Part shown: positions 1 to 10,052 of the stretch, one piece after another
Layout of the letters: every line of letters begins with the position of its first letter
Numbering within the stretch: position 1 is the stretch's first letter
Assembly: GCA_963705915.1 (NCBI GenBank)
Contig: OY970126.1
Location: forward strand, 102,753-166,752
Source: an uncultured bacterium
Lineage (GTDB): Bacteria > Patescibacteriota > Minisyncoccia > UBA6257 > 2-01-FULL-56-20
Direction: 5' to 3'
DNA: 64,000 nt
Translations under genes and position numbers: made by a program
Notes under the pieces: generated by a model
Database searches by the model: none
What the model was told of the DNA's origin: nothing
Seen by the model: only the letters and a program-made list of their open reading frames with translations

Positions 1-171
1 GCGCGGGCCATCATACGCCTCGACTTCCGTGATCATGAGCGATATGGTTTTTGGCGCGATCTTTCCGTTGCGGCGCAAGGATATCCGCCGCACGATATAT
101 TTCCCGAGGAGCTCACGAGCAACCGTGAGTGTCGGCCGGTTGAAGAATTGGCGCGTCAATATCTTTTTCAT
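1..171 (-). CDS. mpg: DNA-3-methyladenine glycosylase (Mpg/AAG family), N-terminal part; gene continues beyond window start
   Basis: Minus-strand translation from ATG ~171: MKKILTRQFFNRPTLTVARELLGKYIVRR...ITEVEAYDGP matches the Mpg N-terminal consensus (FF.R....VAR.LLG..LVR, ETEAY.G). Divergent from nth. Not in ORF track because it is truncated at the window edge. Confidence 0.55.
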   Translation of the reverse strand, partial: MKKILTRQFFNRPTLTVARELLGKYIVRRISLRRNGKIAPKTISLMITEVEAYDGPR

Positions 172-211
172 AACTTTTTCATTATAATCAGTCGTAACCA
201 TTCTTCCCACT

Positions 212-874
212 ATGAATTCACCCAAAGATTTGCCCCGGCTCAAGAAACGGTGGCAGAAGATCTATAAAAAACTCAAAACGCTTTTCCCGCGGGCAAAAAT
301 TGCGCTCAACTTCGGCACCCCATGGGAGCTCCTCGTCGCGGTGCAGCTTTCCGCACAGTGCACGGATAAAAAAGTGAATGAGGTGACGCCGGTGTTGTTT
401 AAGAAATATAGAACCCTGAACGATTACGTGAAGGCATCAAAAACTGCAAAGGGCATCCGCGATTTTGAAAAGATGATCCATGCTTGCGGTTTCTATCGTG
501 CAAAGACAAAAAATATTTTAGCTGCTGCGAACTATATCCAGAAGAAATATCACGGCAAACTGCCGAAGACGATGGAAGAGATGATCAGGGTTCCTGGCGT
601 CGGTCGAAAGTCCGCAAATGTGATTTTGGGCAATGCCTATGGCGTGGTGGAGGGGATAGCGATCGACACGCATATGATCCGCCTCTCGAATGTCTTTGGT
701 CTCACCAAAGAAAAGGATCCGGTGAAGATCGAGCGTGATCTCATGGCGATCATCCCCCAAAAAGACTGGTTCAAGGCAACCTATATGATCATCAATTATG
801 GCCGTGCGTACTGCGTTGCGCGTCCGCACAAGCACGAACTCTGCCCACTCACGAAGGTGCTTGCTCGGGCCTAA
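212..874 (+). CDS. nth: endonuclease III (DNA-(apurinic or apyrimidinic site) lyase)
   Basis: HhH-GPD motif VPGVGRKSANVILGNAYG; C-terminal 4Fe-4S loop C-x6-C-x2-C-x5-C (CVARPHKHELCPL). Confidence 0.9.
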   Translation: MNSPKDLPRLKKRWQKIYKKLKTLFPRAKIALNFGTPWELLVAVQLSAQCTDKKVNEVTPVLFKKYRTLNDYVKASKTAKGIRDFEKMIHACGFYRAKTKNILAAANYIQKKYHGKLPKTMEEMIRVPGVGRKSANVILGNAYGVVEGIAIDTHMIRLSNVFGLTKEKDPVKIERDLMAIIPQKDWFKATYMIINYGRAYCVARPHKHELCPLTKVLARA

Positions 875-1050
875 AAATAAGGGTTCTTTATCCACATTGT
901 GAGCGGGGGCCACATGCTATACTTGATTGGTAAGTAATATTACAAAGAAGAGCCGTTTTCCGGTGAGGTCGGAAAGCGGTTTTTCTTTTAGGCGTAAGGT
1001 AAATAGAATGAGAACGTTGACTTTGTCATCAAAATTTTCAAAAATAAGGA

Positions 1051-2037
1051 ATGCCTTTTGAGCAAGCGCCCTCCCGGGAACACACTGATATGAAGGAGTC
1101 TTTTAGTAAGAGAATGAAAAGAAAGCTTAAAGTTTTAACATGGGCAGTTGCCTTGGGTGCGGAAAGTTATGTGGGGTATCATTCTGCGGTAAATCTTCAT
1201 GAAAAATTCAAGCAGGACACAGCGGAAGCCGAGCAGATCCAAAAACAGGCAGATGAAAAGGCTGAAAGATCCGAGATAGAGCATTTGCTGGAAGGGAAGT
1301 ATAAGCGGTTACTCACGCGCTATCATGAAAACGATATTGAAGATACTTTGATTTCTGCCGAAGAATTAAATGAGAAATACAACGAAAGAAAGAGTAGAGA
1401 TCAAGAAGGCATCGCAATCGACGCTATAGAAACTCACGATGGATTATTGCGACAGGAACAGGTTCAAGATGTGGTCGTCAATCTTCCGCAAAGTTGGACT
1501 ATCGGGAAAATTGAGTCGATTCATTTTCTTAAGGGGGTTGAAAAAGCAGATAAGGGGTATGCACCATCAGGAGTACTTGCTGACGAAACCCCCAACCCTG
1601 CAACCGGCGAATCCTCTATCAGGTTTTTTGGCTCAGCTAAAAATGAGTCTGTAGAGTATGTCATAGAAACTATCGATCACGAAGTGGCTCATGCCAACGA
1701 CTGGCAAAATCGGCCAGGGCTTTCCCTTGAAGAACGTTTAGCTTTTTGGACAAAAGTTTCTGATCGTTCTTTCGCCGCTGATCGCTATTACTCTTCCTAT
1801 GTAGAAGGTATTAAAGATAAAGATTTGGGAGCAGAAAATTATTATAAAACCATTGAATATTGGGCGGAAATATGTCAGGCATATTTTAATCATCCTGACG
1901 ATCTCGACGTCAATGATTTTCGATTGGTCGATCGTTTTGTTAAAAATGCTGACCCTGCATACAATTTGAGAGAAGCCGTAGCATCAAATCACGCTCTCGC
2001 GGAAGCGGTCCGCGAGGAGTCACGAGTAACGCCATGA
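1051..2037 (+). CDS. hypothetical membrane-anchored protein with HExxH metallopeptidase-like motif
   Basis: N-terminal hydrophobic segment (VLTWAVALGAESYV), charged coiled-coil-like region, C-terminal IDHEVAHAND (HExxH) followed by EYWAE; true start may be an internal Met (MKESF). Confidence 0.5.
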   Translation: MPFEQAPSREHTDMKESFSKRMKRKLKVLTWAVALGAESYVGYHSAVNLHEKFKQDTAEAEQIQKQADEKAERSEIEHLLEGKYKRLLTRYHENDIEDTLISAEELNEKYNERKSRDQEGIAIDAIETHDGLLRQEQVQDVVVNLPQSWTIGKIESIHFLKGVEKADKGYAPSGVLADETPNPATGESSIRFFGSAKNESVEYVIETIDHEVAHANDWQNRPGLSLEERLAFWTKVSDRSFAADRYYSSYVEGIKDKDLGAENYYKTIEYWAEICQAYFNHPDDLDVNDFRLVDRFVKNADPAYNLREAVASNHALAEAVREESRVTP

Positions 2038-2477
2038 TTATTTTGCATGTAAAAAAAGGAGGAAAAAACTGTGGGGTACTTGAATGCGATCGAGGATCGT
2101 TTCGCTTCACAAAGGAGAAGGCGCCAGAGTTCGAAGCCTTTTTGGAAGAGAGCCTTGCGAAAGGTATACCTTCTTACGCTGATCGTCGAGAAGGATTGAA
2201 TTCGCGATCTTTTATCGAAAAAAATGTGATAAAAAAAGAAGATGTTGAGCCATATTTGCTGAGGGATTTTCTACGACATAATGGATATATCGTTGAGGAA
2301 ATTCACCCGGAAATCGAACGGGAAATTCGAATGCTCATTGAAGAAGTGCCCGACGATAGCCCCGACAAGAAGCATGTATTGGAAAAGCTATCCGGGATGA
2401 CCCACCTCGAGCAAACTGCCATTCTTGAAGCGCTACGTGACGCAGATAAAGGGAAAGAAGAAGATTTGACAAATTAA
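2034..2477 (+). CDS. hypothetical acidic protein, translationally coupled to upstream HExxH gene
   Basis: ATGA stop/start overlap with 1051..2037; 147 aa, Glu/Asp-rich; no recognisable motif. Confidence 0.45.
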   Translation: MIILHVKKGGKNCGVLECDRGSFRFTKEKAPEFEAFLEESLAKGIPSYADRREGLNSRSFIEKNVIKKEDVEPYLLRDFLRHNGYIVEEIHPEIEREIRMLIEEVPDDSPDKKHVLEKLSGMTHLEQTAILEALRDADKGKEEDLTN

Positions 2478-2513
2478 GAAAAATGATGTATAAATGACCT
2501 CAGGGAGGATGAA

Positions 2514-2759
2514 ATGAAAAACGGGAAGAAACGCACGGCGGCTCTCGGCGTATTGCTTGTTTGCACGATCGCGTTGATTATTTTGTCGATGCGAGCTCCG
2601 AGCAGCTGGGGAGAAAAAACTAATGCGTTGATTTTCCTCGGCGCGTTTTGCGGAACCCTCGGCCTCGTTTGCTTTGCATGTTGGGCCATTGCGAAGGGGC
2701 AGCGCGGAAAGGCTCGACGGCGGGAAATATTGCCTGTGGATCTGAAGCAACCCTTTTAG
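2514..2759 (+). CDS. small membrane protein (2 predicted TM helices)
   Basis: 81 aa ORF with two hydrophobic stretches (LGVLLVCTIALIIL; IFLGAFCGTLGLVCFACWAIA). Confidence 0.35.
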   Translation: MKNGKKRTAALGVLLVCTIALIILSMRAPSSWGEKTNALIFLGAFCGTLGLVCFACWAIAKGQRGKARRREILPVDLKQPF

Positions 2760-2946
2760 TTCCACGTTCCGGCGACACTTCTTATAACCTCGGACAATTC
2801 GTCCGGGGTTTTTCTTTTGACCATTTTTTTCTTGGGGAGTATCATAAAAGAAAGTTTGCGTGAGTACCCCTTATGGCCCAAGCCCAAGGGGGATTACGTT
2901 GCATCGAGGGGGAATTATTAAATTTTTATTAAAAATATTTTGACAA

Positions 2947-4954
2947 ATGCCACAACTCGAACTTGTTTCAACCAATAAGCCCGCGGGGGACCAGCCGAAA
3001 GCGATCGCATCGCTTGTTTCGGGTTTGGAAAAGGGCATGCGCGACCAGACGCTGCTCGGCGTGACCGGCTCCGGAAAAACATTCACCATCGCGAATGTGA
3101 TCGCAGAGATTCCAGAAGCCGACGCTCGTGATCGCGCACAACAAGACGCTTGCCGCACAGCTCTGCAATGAGTTCCGCGAACTGTTCCCGAAAAACTCCG
3201 TCAACTATTTTGTCTCGTACTACGACTACTATCAGCCGGAGGCGTATATCCCGTCGAGCGATACCTATATCGACAAGGAGGCGCTGATCAACGATGAGAT
3301 CGACAAGCTGCGCCACGCGGCGACGACCGCGCTTCTCACGCGGCGCGATGTGATCATCGTGGCGTCGGTTTCGTGCATCTACGGTTTGGGCGCGCCGGAG
3401 GTGTATCGCGAAGAACATTTTCCATTTTAAAGTGGGCGACAAGATTGAGCGAAAGGAATTCTCGCGCAAACTTGTCGAGCTGCAATTCAGCCGCACGAAC
3501 AGCGGACCTCAAGCGTGGCACGTATCGCCTGCGCGGCGAGAATTGGGAGATCATGCCCGCGGACCGCGAGATCATCTACAACATTGAGGTTCTGAGCGGA
3601 ATCATCCGTCGCGATCTATGAAGTCGATCCGGTGATAGGATTCCAGCCGGGCAAGACGCCGCCGATCCCGGACATCATCTTTGCTCCGGCAAAACATTTC
3701 ATCACGGAAGCGCCGGAGCGCGAGCGGGCGATCGAAGAGATTCAAGAAGAATTGAAGGAACAGCTCGCAAAGTTTGATAAGGAGAAAAAATTTTTGGAAG
3801 CCGAGCGACTTGAACGCCGGACCAAGTTTGATCTCGCCATGATGCGCGAAGTGGGCTACTGCCACGGCATTGAAAACTATTCGCGCCATCTTTCCGGCCG
3901 CGCCGCGGGCGAGCCGCCGGCAACGCTTCTCGATTATTTCCCGCACACGGAAGATCGGCAAGCCGGATTTTCTCACGGTGATCGACGAATCGCACATGAC
4001 CGTGCCGCAGTTGCAGGGCATGTTCAACGGCGACGCGGCGCGCAAGAAGACGCTCGTTGAATATGGTTTTCGGCTGCCGTCAGCAATCGACAACCGGCCG
4101 TTGCGATTTGAGGAATTCGAAGCGCGGATCGGCCAGACGATTTATACATCCGCAACGCCGGGTCCGTACGAGCGCAAGGAGAGTGAGGCGCCGCGAGGGC
4201 AAACGGTCGAGCAGATCATCCGCCCGACCGGTCTCGTCGATCCAAAGATCACGATGCGCGCCGGCGCGTGGCCAGGTGGAAGATCTCATCCCGCGCATCG
4301 AGGAGCGCGTGGCAAAGAACGAGCGCGTGCTTGTGACGACGCTTACCAAGCGGATGGCGGAAGATCTCGCGCTCGTATCTCGAAGAGAAAAAAATAAAAG
4401 TGAACTATCTGCATAGCGATGTGAAGACGCTCGATCGTATCAAGATCCTGACCGAACTCCGCAAGGGGAAGATTGAAGTGCTGGTCGGCGTGAATCTTTT
4501 GCGCGAAGGGCTTGACCTGCCGGAGGTCTCGCTCGTCGCCATTTTGGATGCGGACAAAGAAGGATTTTTGCGGAGCGAAGTTTCGCTTATGCAGACGATC
4601 GGCCGCGCCGCGCGCAACGCGCAGGGCGAAGTGCTGATGTACGCCGATAATATCACGGGCTCCATCGAGCGCGCCGTAAAAGAAACCGACCGCCGCCGCA
4701 AGATCCAGGTTGCCTATAACAAAGAACACGGCATCACGCCCACGACGATCATCAAAAAGATTTCCGATATTTTGCCTAATGTGGACGAGATATTGAAGCT
4801 TGAGACGAAGCCGATTCCCAAGTCAAAGACCGCTCTGCAGAAGCTGATCGCCGAGAAGCAGCGCGAGATGCGCGAAGCGGCGAAAGCGCTCGACTTTGAA
4901 ATGGCTGCCATTTTGCGGGATGAAGTTAAAGAGTTGATGAAGCGACAAAAATAA
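2947..4954 (+). pseudogene. uvrB: uvrB (excinuclease ABC subunit B) disrupted by >=7 frameshifts
   Basis: UvrB-like sequence is recoverable only by hopping between frames: 2947-3110 ([17 protein letters not shown]), 3110-3430 ([15 protein letters not shown]...[10 protein letters not shown]...GLGAPEVY), 3431-3500 (KVGDKIERKEFSRKLVELQFSRTN), 3500-3620 (LKRGTYRLRGENWEIMPADREIIYNIE), 3620-3955 (EVDPVIG...FAPAKHFIT...[26 protein letters not shown]), 3955-4255 ([11 protein letters not shown]...[14 protein letters not shown]...YTSATPG), 4255-4375 ([27 protein letters not shown]), 4375-4954 (KVNYLHSD...[27 protein letters not shown]...UVR domain). Neighbouring long genes (uvrA, secA, dnaE) are intact. 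Confidence 0.85.
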
Positions 4955-4981
4955 AAACCGCCGATGATCTGGCGGTTTTGT
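4953..4981. terminator. intrinsic terminator hairpin (bidirectional) after uvrB
   Basis: aaaaaccgccgatgatctggcggtttt: GC stem flanked by A-run and T-run. Confidence 0.6.
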
Positions 4982-5005
4982 GGCAGGGTGAGCAAATTCT
5001 GGAAG

Positions 5006-5200
5006 TCAGGGGTTGCGCAGTTCGTTGTCTTCAGGTTCTTCGCGAGTCTGGTCGGCTTGCCCCGTTTTACCGGAGGGCGCAGGGGGAGTTTCTTTTTGCC
5101 GTTGCAGATCGTCCGTAATGCGATTGGATCCGGAAGGATGTCGCGTAGGACGATGCGGATGACTTGATGAACGATCGCTTGCAGAGAGAGCGTCAAACAT
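5006..5200 (-). CDS. hypothetical small disordered protein
   Basis: 64 aa ORF with AGGAG Shine-Dalgarno 8 nt upstream of ATG on minus strand; Ser/Pro/Arg-rich, no motif. Confidence 0.3.
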   Translation of the reverse strand: MFDALSASDRSSSHPHRPTRHPSGSNRITDDLQRQKETPPAPSGKTGQADQTREEPEDNELRNP

Positions 5201-5283
5201 GGCACGGGCTCCTTTCTACGGATTTCTTTCAATATTATATCTCATAATAATCGCAAGGTCAATTATGTTACAATGAACATTCC

Positions 5284-7062
5284 ATGGACCTCCTTTACTA
5301 TTACCTCAAGAAATATAAAAAGACACTTTCTCTCACGCTCGTCCTTGCGACGATCAACACCGCGTTTTCGCTCGTCGATCCGCAGGTGTTTCGTCTTATC
5401 ATCGACAACTATATCTCGCAGATCGGTTCGATCTCGCAAAGCGACTTTTTGCGCGGCGTAGGGCTTCTATTGCTGGCATCGGTAACCGCCGCATTCATAT
5501 CGCGCGTGGCAAAAAATTTCCAGCAATATTATGAGAACGTTGCGACCCAGCGGGTTGGCACCGACATGTATGCGGATAGCGTCGCACATTCTTTTTCGCT
5601 GCCCTACAGCATTTTTGAGGACCAGCGTTCCGGCGAGTTGCTCCAAAAACTGCAGAAGGCACGTATTGATACCCAGCAGCTCATGATCAGTTTTGTGGAT
5701 ATCATTTTCGTTTCGCTCGTCGGCATCGTGCTCGTTGTCCTTTACGCATTTTATGTCCACTGGCTCATAGGCCTTTTGTATCTCCTCATCATCCCAACGC
5801 TTGGCACGGTTACTTTTTTCTTAGGACGCAAAATTAAAACGATTCAGAAAACGATCGTCGTTGAATCCGCGAACCTTGCCGGATCAACAACCGAAACGCT
5901 CCGCAACGTCGAACTCGTGAAGAGTCTCGGCCTTGAAGACCAGGAGACGAAGCGCTTGAACGATGTGAATAACAAAGTGCTCGGCCTCGAACTCTCGAAG
6001 TTCAAAGTGATCCGTGGCTTGAGCTTTGGGCAAGGGACCGTCGTAAACGCGATGCGCGCGGCGATTCTTTTTGCGATGCTGTGGCTCATCTTCACGGACG
6101 CGATAACGCTTGGCGAGTTTCTCACGCTTTGGTTTTACTCCTTCTATATATTTTCGCCGCTCGGCGACATCAGTACCGTCGCTGCGCAATATCAAGAGGC
6201 GAAAGGCAGTTTGGAAAAATTGCAGGAAATTTTGGCGATTCCATCGGAAGTGAAGCCGACGAATGCCGTGCAGATCGACACATTGAAAACCATCGATTTT
6301 AAAAAAGTTTCCTTCCAATACCAGGAAGGCAATACTCCCGCCGTGAACGATATTTCATTCACCATCAAGAGCGGCGAGACCGTCGCGTTCGCGGGTTATT
6401 CCGGTTCGGGCAAGACGACACTCATTAAATTGCTCGTCGGACTCTATAGGCCTAATAAAGGCTCAATCGTTTTGAATGGGGTGGATGGGGCGAACGTCGA
6501 TTACGATGCGTTGCGGCGGAAAATCGGCTACGTTTCGCAGGAAACCCAGCTTTTTGCCGGAACGCTGCGCGAAAATTTGTTGTTTGTGAATCCTTCCGCG
6601 ACCGATGACGATTGCTGGGAGGCACTTGAAAGCGCTTCGGTGACCGACATCGCCCATCGCGGCGGCAAAGGACTCGATACGCGCATCGGCGAAGGCGGCA
6701 TAAAAATTTCCGGCGGCGAACGCCAGCGCCTCGCGATCGCGCGCGCGCTCGTCCGCAAGCCCGACCTCATTATCTTTGACGAAGCAACGTCGAGCCTTGA
6801 CTCGATCACAGAACGATCAATCACGGACACCATCAAAGATATCGCGCGTTCGCGTCCTGATCTTATCACCGTCATGATTGCGCACCGGCTTTCCACGATC
6901 TCCCACGCCGATATAATTTATGTTTTGCAAAAAGGAAACATCATTGAGCGTGGCTCACACGCAGAGCTTTTGCGCAACCGCGACGGGCTCTACTCGGCGC
7001 TGTGGAAAGAGCAAAGCGGTGCCGGGGAAGCTTGGGAAGCCTCGCCGGTTTTTGCGGGATAG
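5284..7062 (+). CDS. ABC transporter, fused permease/ATP-binding (type I exporter, MsbA-like)
   Basis: 6-TM N-terminal domain; Walker A GYSGSGKTT, signature ISGGERQRLAIARAL, Walker B LIIFDEATSSLD. Confidence 0.9.
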   Translation: MDLLYYYLKKYKKTLSLTLVLATINTAFSLVDPQVFRLIIDNYISQIGSISQSDFLRGVGLLLLASVTAAFISRVAKNFQQYYENVATQRVGTDMYADSVAHSFSLPYSIFEDQRSGELLQKLQKARIDTQQLMISFVDIIFVSLVGIVLVVLYAFYVHWLIGLLYLLIIPTLGTVTFFLGRKIKTIQKTIVVESANLAGSTTETLRNVELVKSLGLEDQETKRLNDVNNKVLGLELSKFKVIRGLSFGQGTVVNAMRAAILFAMLWLIFTDAITLGEFLTLWFYSFYIFSPLGDISTVAAQYQEAKGSLEKLQEILAIPSEVKPTNAVQIDTLKTIDFKKVSFQYQEGNTPAVNDISFTIKSGETVAFAGYSGSGKTTLIKLLVGLYRPNKGSIVLNGVDGANVDYDALRRKIGYVSQETQLFAGTLRENLLFVNPSATDDDCWEALESASVTDIAHRGGKGLDTRIGEGGIKISGGERQRLAIARALVRKPDLIIFDEATSSLDSITERSITDTIKDIARSRPDLITVMIAHRLSTISHADIIYVLQKGNIIERGSHAELLRNRDGLYSALWKEQSGAGEAWEASPVFAG

Positions 7063-7166
7063 ATTAAACTTTATCGTTTGATTATTTCATTAAAAAAAGA
7101 TAACATTGGTATACAACTGAAGACCGATAAACCCCCCTATGAGCCGAGCTCGGGGGAAAATTCGTT

Positions 7167-9725
7167 ATGGTCACAAACATGGCACACGATAAAATCATCA
7201 TCAAAGGTGCGCGGGAACACAATCTCAAGAACATCAACCTTGAGATTCCGCGCGACAAAATGGTTGTTTTCACCGGCCTTTCTGGTTCGGGAAAGTCGTC
7301 GCTCGCATTCGATACGATTTTTGCCGAGGGCCAGCGTCGCTACATTGAGTCATTATCTGCCTATGCGCGGCAGTTTTTGGGCCGTCTCGATAAGCCGGAC
7401 GTGGATGATATTGAGGGGCTATCGCCCGCGATTTCAATCGACCAAAAAAGCCATTCCTCCAATCCGCGTTCGACCGTTGCGACAATCACCGAGATTTATG
7501 ATTATCTCCGCGTGTTATTCGCGCGCGCCGGCAAGCCATTTTGTCCGACCTGCGGCCGCGAAATCAAAAAACTGACGAATGAAGAGATCGTTGACGTTGC
7601 GATTGATTTTGCAAAGCAGAACGACGTGGCGGCGGGAAAAAAGGGAAAGGGCGCCAGCAACAACCTTGTGATTCTCGCACCCGTCGTCCGCGGCAGAAAA
7701 GGGGAGTATTACCAGATGCTCTACGATTTTTTGAATGCAGGATTTTCTGAGGTCCGCGTCGACGGGAAATATCATTCGCTCCGCGAACGGGTTGAGTTGT
7801 CACGCTATAAGATCCACAACATCGACCTCGTCGTCGACCGCATCCCGGCCGGAATGAATTTTAAAGAAAAAGATAATCGCTTGCGCCTTGCAGAGGCTAT
7901 CGAACACGGCCTCAAATACGGTGAGGGCGTCGTTACAGTCATCACCGACAAAGAAGTTTCTTTATCGGCAAAGTTCACCTGCCCCCACGACGGATTCTCA
8001 TTCCCGGAAATTGAACCACGATTATTTTCGTTTAACAGCCCGTACGGCGCTTGTCCCGAGTGCCATGGCTTGGGCACGAAAGATTTATGGTCGGATGAAA
8101 TCTGTCCGGTCTGCGAAGGCAAGCGATTGCGGGTCGAAAGCCTGAACGTTCTCATCGACGGCAAAAATATCAATGGCGTCGTCGCATTTTCCATTGAGAA
8201 GGCATACGCTTTCTTTGACGGTATGAAATTCAAAAACGCCTCGCTCACCGAGGTTGCCGAAGCGCCGCTCCGAGAGATTAAATCCCGATTAAAATTCATG
8301 AGCGATGTCGGCCTGGAATATCTCACCCTCGACCGGAAAGCGGGGACATTGTCGGGCGGCGAAGCCCAGCGAATCCGCCTTGCCTCGCAAATCGGCTCGC
8401 GCCTTGTGGGTACGCTCTATATATTGGACGAGCCGACGATCGGCTTGCATCAGCGTGATAACGCAAAGCTCATTAAAACGCTCCAGGATTTGCGTGACCT
8501 TGGGAATACCATCATCGTCGTCGAACACGACGAAGATACGATCCGCGCCGGCGACTATCTGGTTGATATTGGCCCAGCTGCCGGCGTCCATGGCGGCAAC
8601 GTCGTGGCAAAAGGGCCGATCCCGGAAATATTCAAAGATACCAAGCAAAATTCGCTCACGCTCCAATATTTGCGCGGCAAACAATTCATCGAAATGCCCG
8701 ACACGCGTCGAAAGGTGGACAGCAAGCAAGAATACCTCAAAATCCGAGGAGCTCACGCGAATAATTTGAAGGATGTTGACGTTGATATTCCGTTGCGCCG
8801 CTTTACGGCGGTGACCGGCGTCTCAGGCTCCGGCAAGTCGAGTTTGGTATACGACGTGCTCTACAAAGCCGTTGCTGACAAGTTGAATAGGGCGACGTAC
8901 AAAGCCGGCGGATACAAATCCATCCTTGGTTTGGAATATATCAACCGGATTATCAACATCGATCAATCGGCGATCGGTCGCACGCCGCGATCGAATCCGG
9001 CTACGTATGTCGGCGCGTGGTCCCATATCCGCGATCTTTTTGCCTCAACCGAAGATGCGCGCGTGCGCGGATACAAACCGGGACGGTTCAGCTTCAACGT
9101 CCCCGGCGGCCGCTGCGAAAACTGCGAAGGCCACGGAACGATTGCGATCGAAATGCATTTCTTACCAACCGTGTATGTGACGTGTGACGTTTGCAAGGGC
9201 AAACGGTTCGACCGCGAAACGCTCGAAGTCGAATACAAAGGAAAAAATATTTTTCAGGTTTTACAGATGACCATCGAAGAGGCTGTGAAATTCTTTGATG
9301 ATATTCCGTGGCTTAAAGAAAAATTGAGCATTCTTGAAGAAGTCGGATTGGGATATTTGGAACTCGGCCAATCGGCGACAACCTTGTCCGGCGGCGAGGC
9401 GCAACGGATCAAACTTTCCGCCGAGCTCGGCAAGCGCGATACGCGCCGCACATTATATCTGCTCGACGAGCCGACAACGGGCTTGCATTTTGCGGACGTT
9501 GATCAGTTGATCAAAGTTTTGCAAAGACTCGTCGACCGCGGGAATACGATTGTCGTCATCGAACACAACCTTGACGTGATCAAAACGGCGGACTGGATCA
9601 TTGATCTCGGCCCCGAAGGGGGCGAGCGGGGTGGCACGATTATTGCAACGGGAACGCCGGAGCAGGTGGTGCGAAAAGCGGGGAGCTTCACCGGCCAATA
9701 TCTCCGAAAGGTGCTTGCCAAGTGA
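7167..9725 (+). CDS. uvrA: excinuclease ABC subunit A (UvrA), lacking the insertion domain
   Basis: [10 protein letters not shown], two ABC modules ([14 protein letters not shown] / [14 protein letters not shown]; [12 protein letters not shown] / [12 protein letters not shown]), Zn fingers. Only ~12 aa separate CPECHGLG and CPVCEGKRL, whereas canonical UvrA has an insertion domain of roughly 100 aa here. Confidence 0.9.
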   Translation: MVTNMAHDKIIIKGAREHNLKNINLEIPRDKMVVFTGLSGSGKSSLAFDTIFAEGQRRYIESLSAYARQFLGRLDKPDVDDIEGLSPAISIDQKSHSSNPRSTVATITEIYDYLRVLFARAGKPFCPTCGREIKKLTNEEIVDVAIDFAKQNDVAAGKKGKGASNNLVILAPVVRGRKGEYYQMLYDFLNAGFSEVRVDGKYHSLRERVELSRYKIHNIDLVVDRIPAGMNFKEKDNRLRLAEAIEHGLKYGEGVVTVITDKEVSLSAKFTCPHDGFSFPEIEPRLFSFNSPYGACPECHGLGTKDLWSDEICPVCEGKRLRVESLNVLIDGKNINGVVAFSIEKAYAFFDGMKFKNASLTEVAEAPLREIKSRLKFMSDVGLEYLTLDRKAGTLSGGEAQRIRLASQIGSRLVGTLYILDEPTIGLHQRDNAKLIKTLQDLRDLGNTIIVVEHDEDTIRAGDYLVDIGPAAGVHGGNVVAKGPIPEIFKDTKQNSLTLQYLRGKQFIEMPDTRRKVDSKQEYLKIRGAHANNLKDVDVDIPLRRFTAVTGVSGSGKSSLVYDVLYKAVADKLNRATYKAGGYKSILGLEYINRIINIDQSAIGRTPRSNPATYVGAWSHIRDLFASTEDARVRGYKPGRFSFNVPGGRCENCEGHGTIAIEMHFLPTVYVTCDVCKGKRFDRETLEVEYKGKNIFQVLQMTIEEAVKFFDDIPWLKEKLSILEEVGLGYLELGQSATTLSGGEAQRIKLSAELGKRDTRRTLYLLDEPTTGLHFADVDQLIKVLQRLVDRGNTIVVIEHNLDVIKTADWIIDLGPEGGERGGTIIATGTPEQVVRKAGSFTGQYLRKVLAK

Positions 9726-9754
9726 TTGTGGACGCGATTTGATATCATAAAACT

Positions 9755-10033
9755 ATGCCTAAAATCGTTGATGGAAAAATCTACCACGAAGGCCAAAAAA
9801 TTGGCTGGATTGACGGTGAACATATCCGCGGCGAAAGCGGTAACAAACTCGGCTATTGGCAGGGTGATTTCATCTACAATGACGAAGGCCGCAAGATCGC
9901 GTATATAAAAGATGATGAGCTGCACTTTGAGAATGGCCAACCTTCGATTTCGCTTCAGCACATCAATGAAAAAATCGAAGGGACGTATCCGTTGAACGTA
10001 AAGTGCGCCGTTCACGCATTACTCGAAGATTGA
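9755..10033 (+). CDS. hypothetical short repeat protein (G-x-K-I-G/A-[WY]-I repeats, MORN-like)
   Basis: 92 aa: GQKIGWIDGEHIRGESGNKLGYWQGDFIYNDEGRKIAYIKDDELHFENGQ shows ~11-12 residue periodic repeats; sits between uvrA and uvrC. Confidence 0.4.
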   Translation: MPKIVDGKIYHEGQKIGWIDGEHIRGESGNKLGYWQGDFIYNDEGRKIAYIKDDELHFENGQPSISLQHINEKIEGTYPLNVKCAVHALLED

Positions 10034-10052
10034 TCGGGGCGGCGTAAAAACG

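Noticed and set aside
3083-4093. Multiple 70-160-aa ORFs on both strands across 3.0-4.7 kb
   Set aside because: They are fragments and shadows of the frameshifted uvrB pseudogene.
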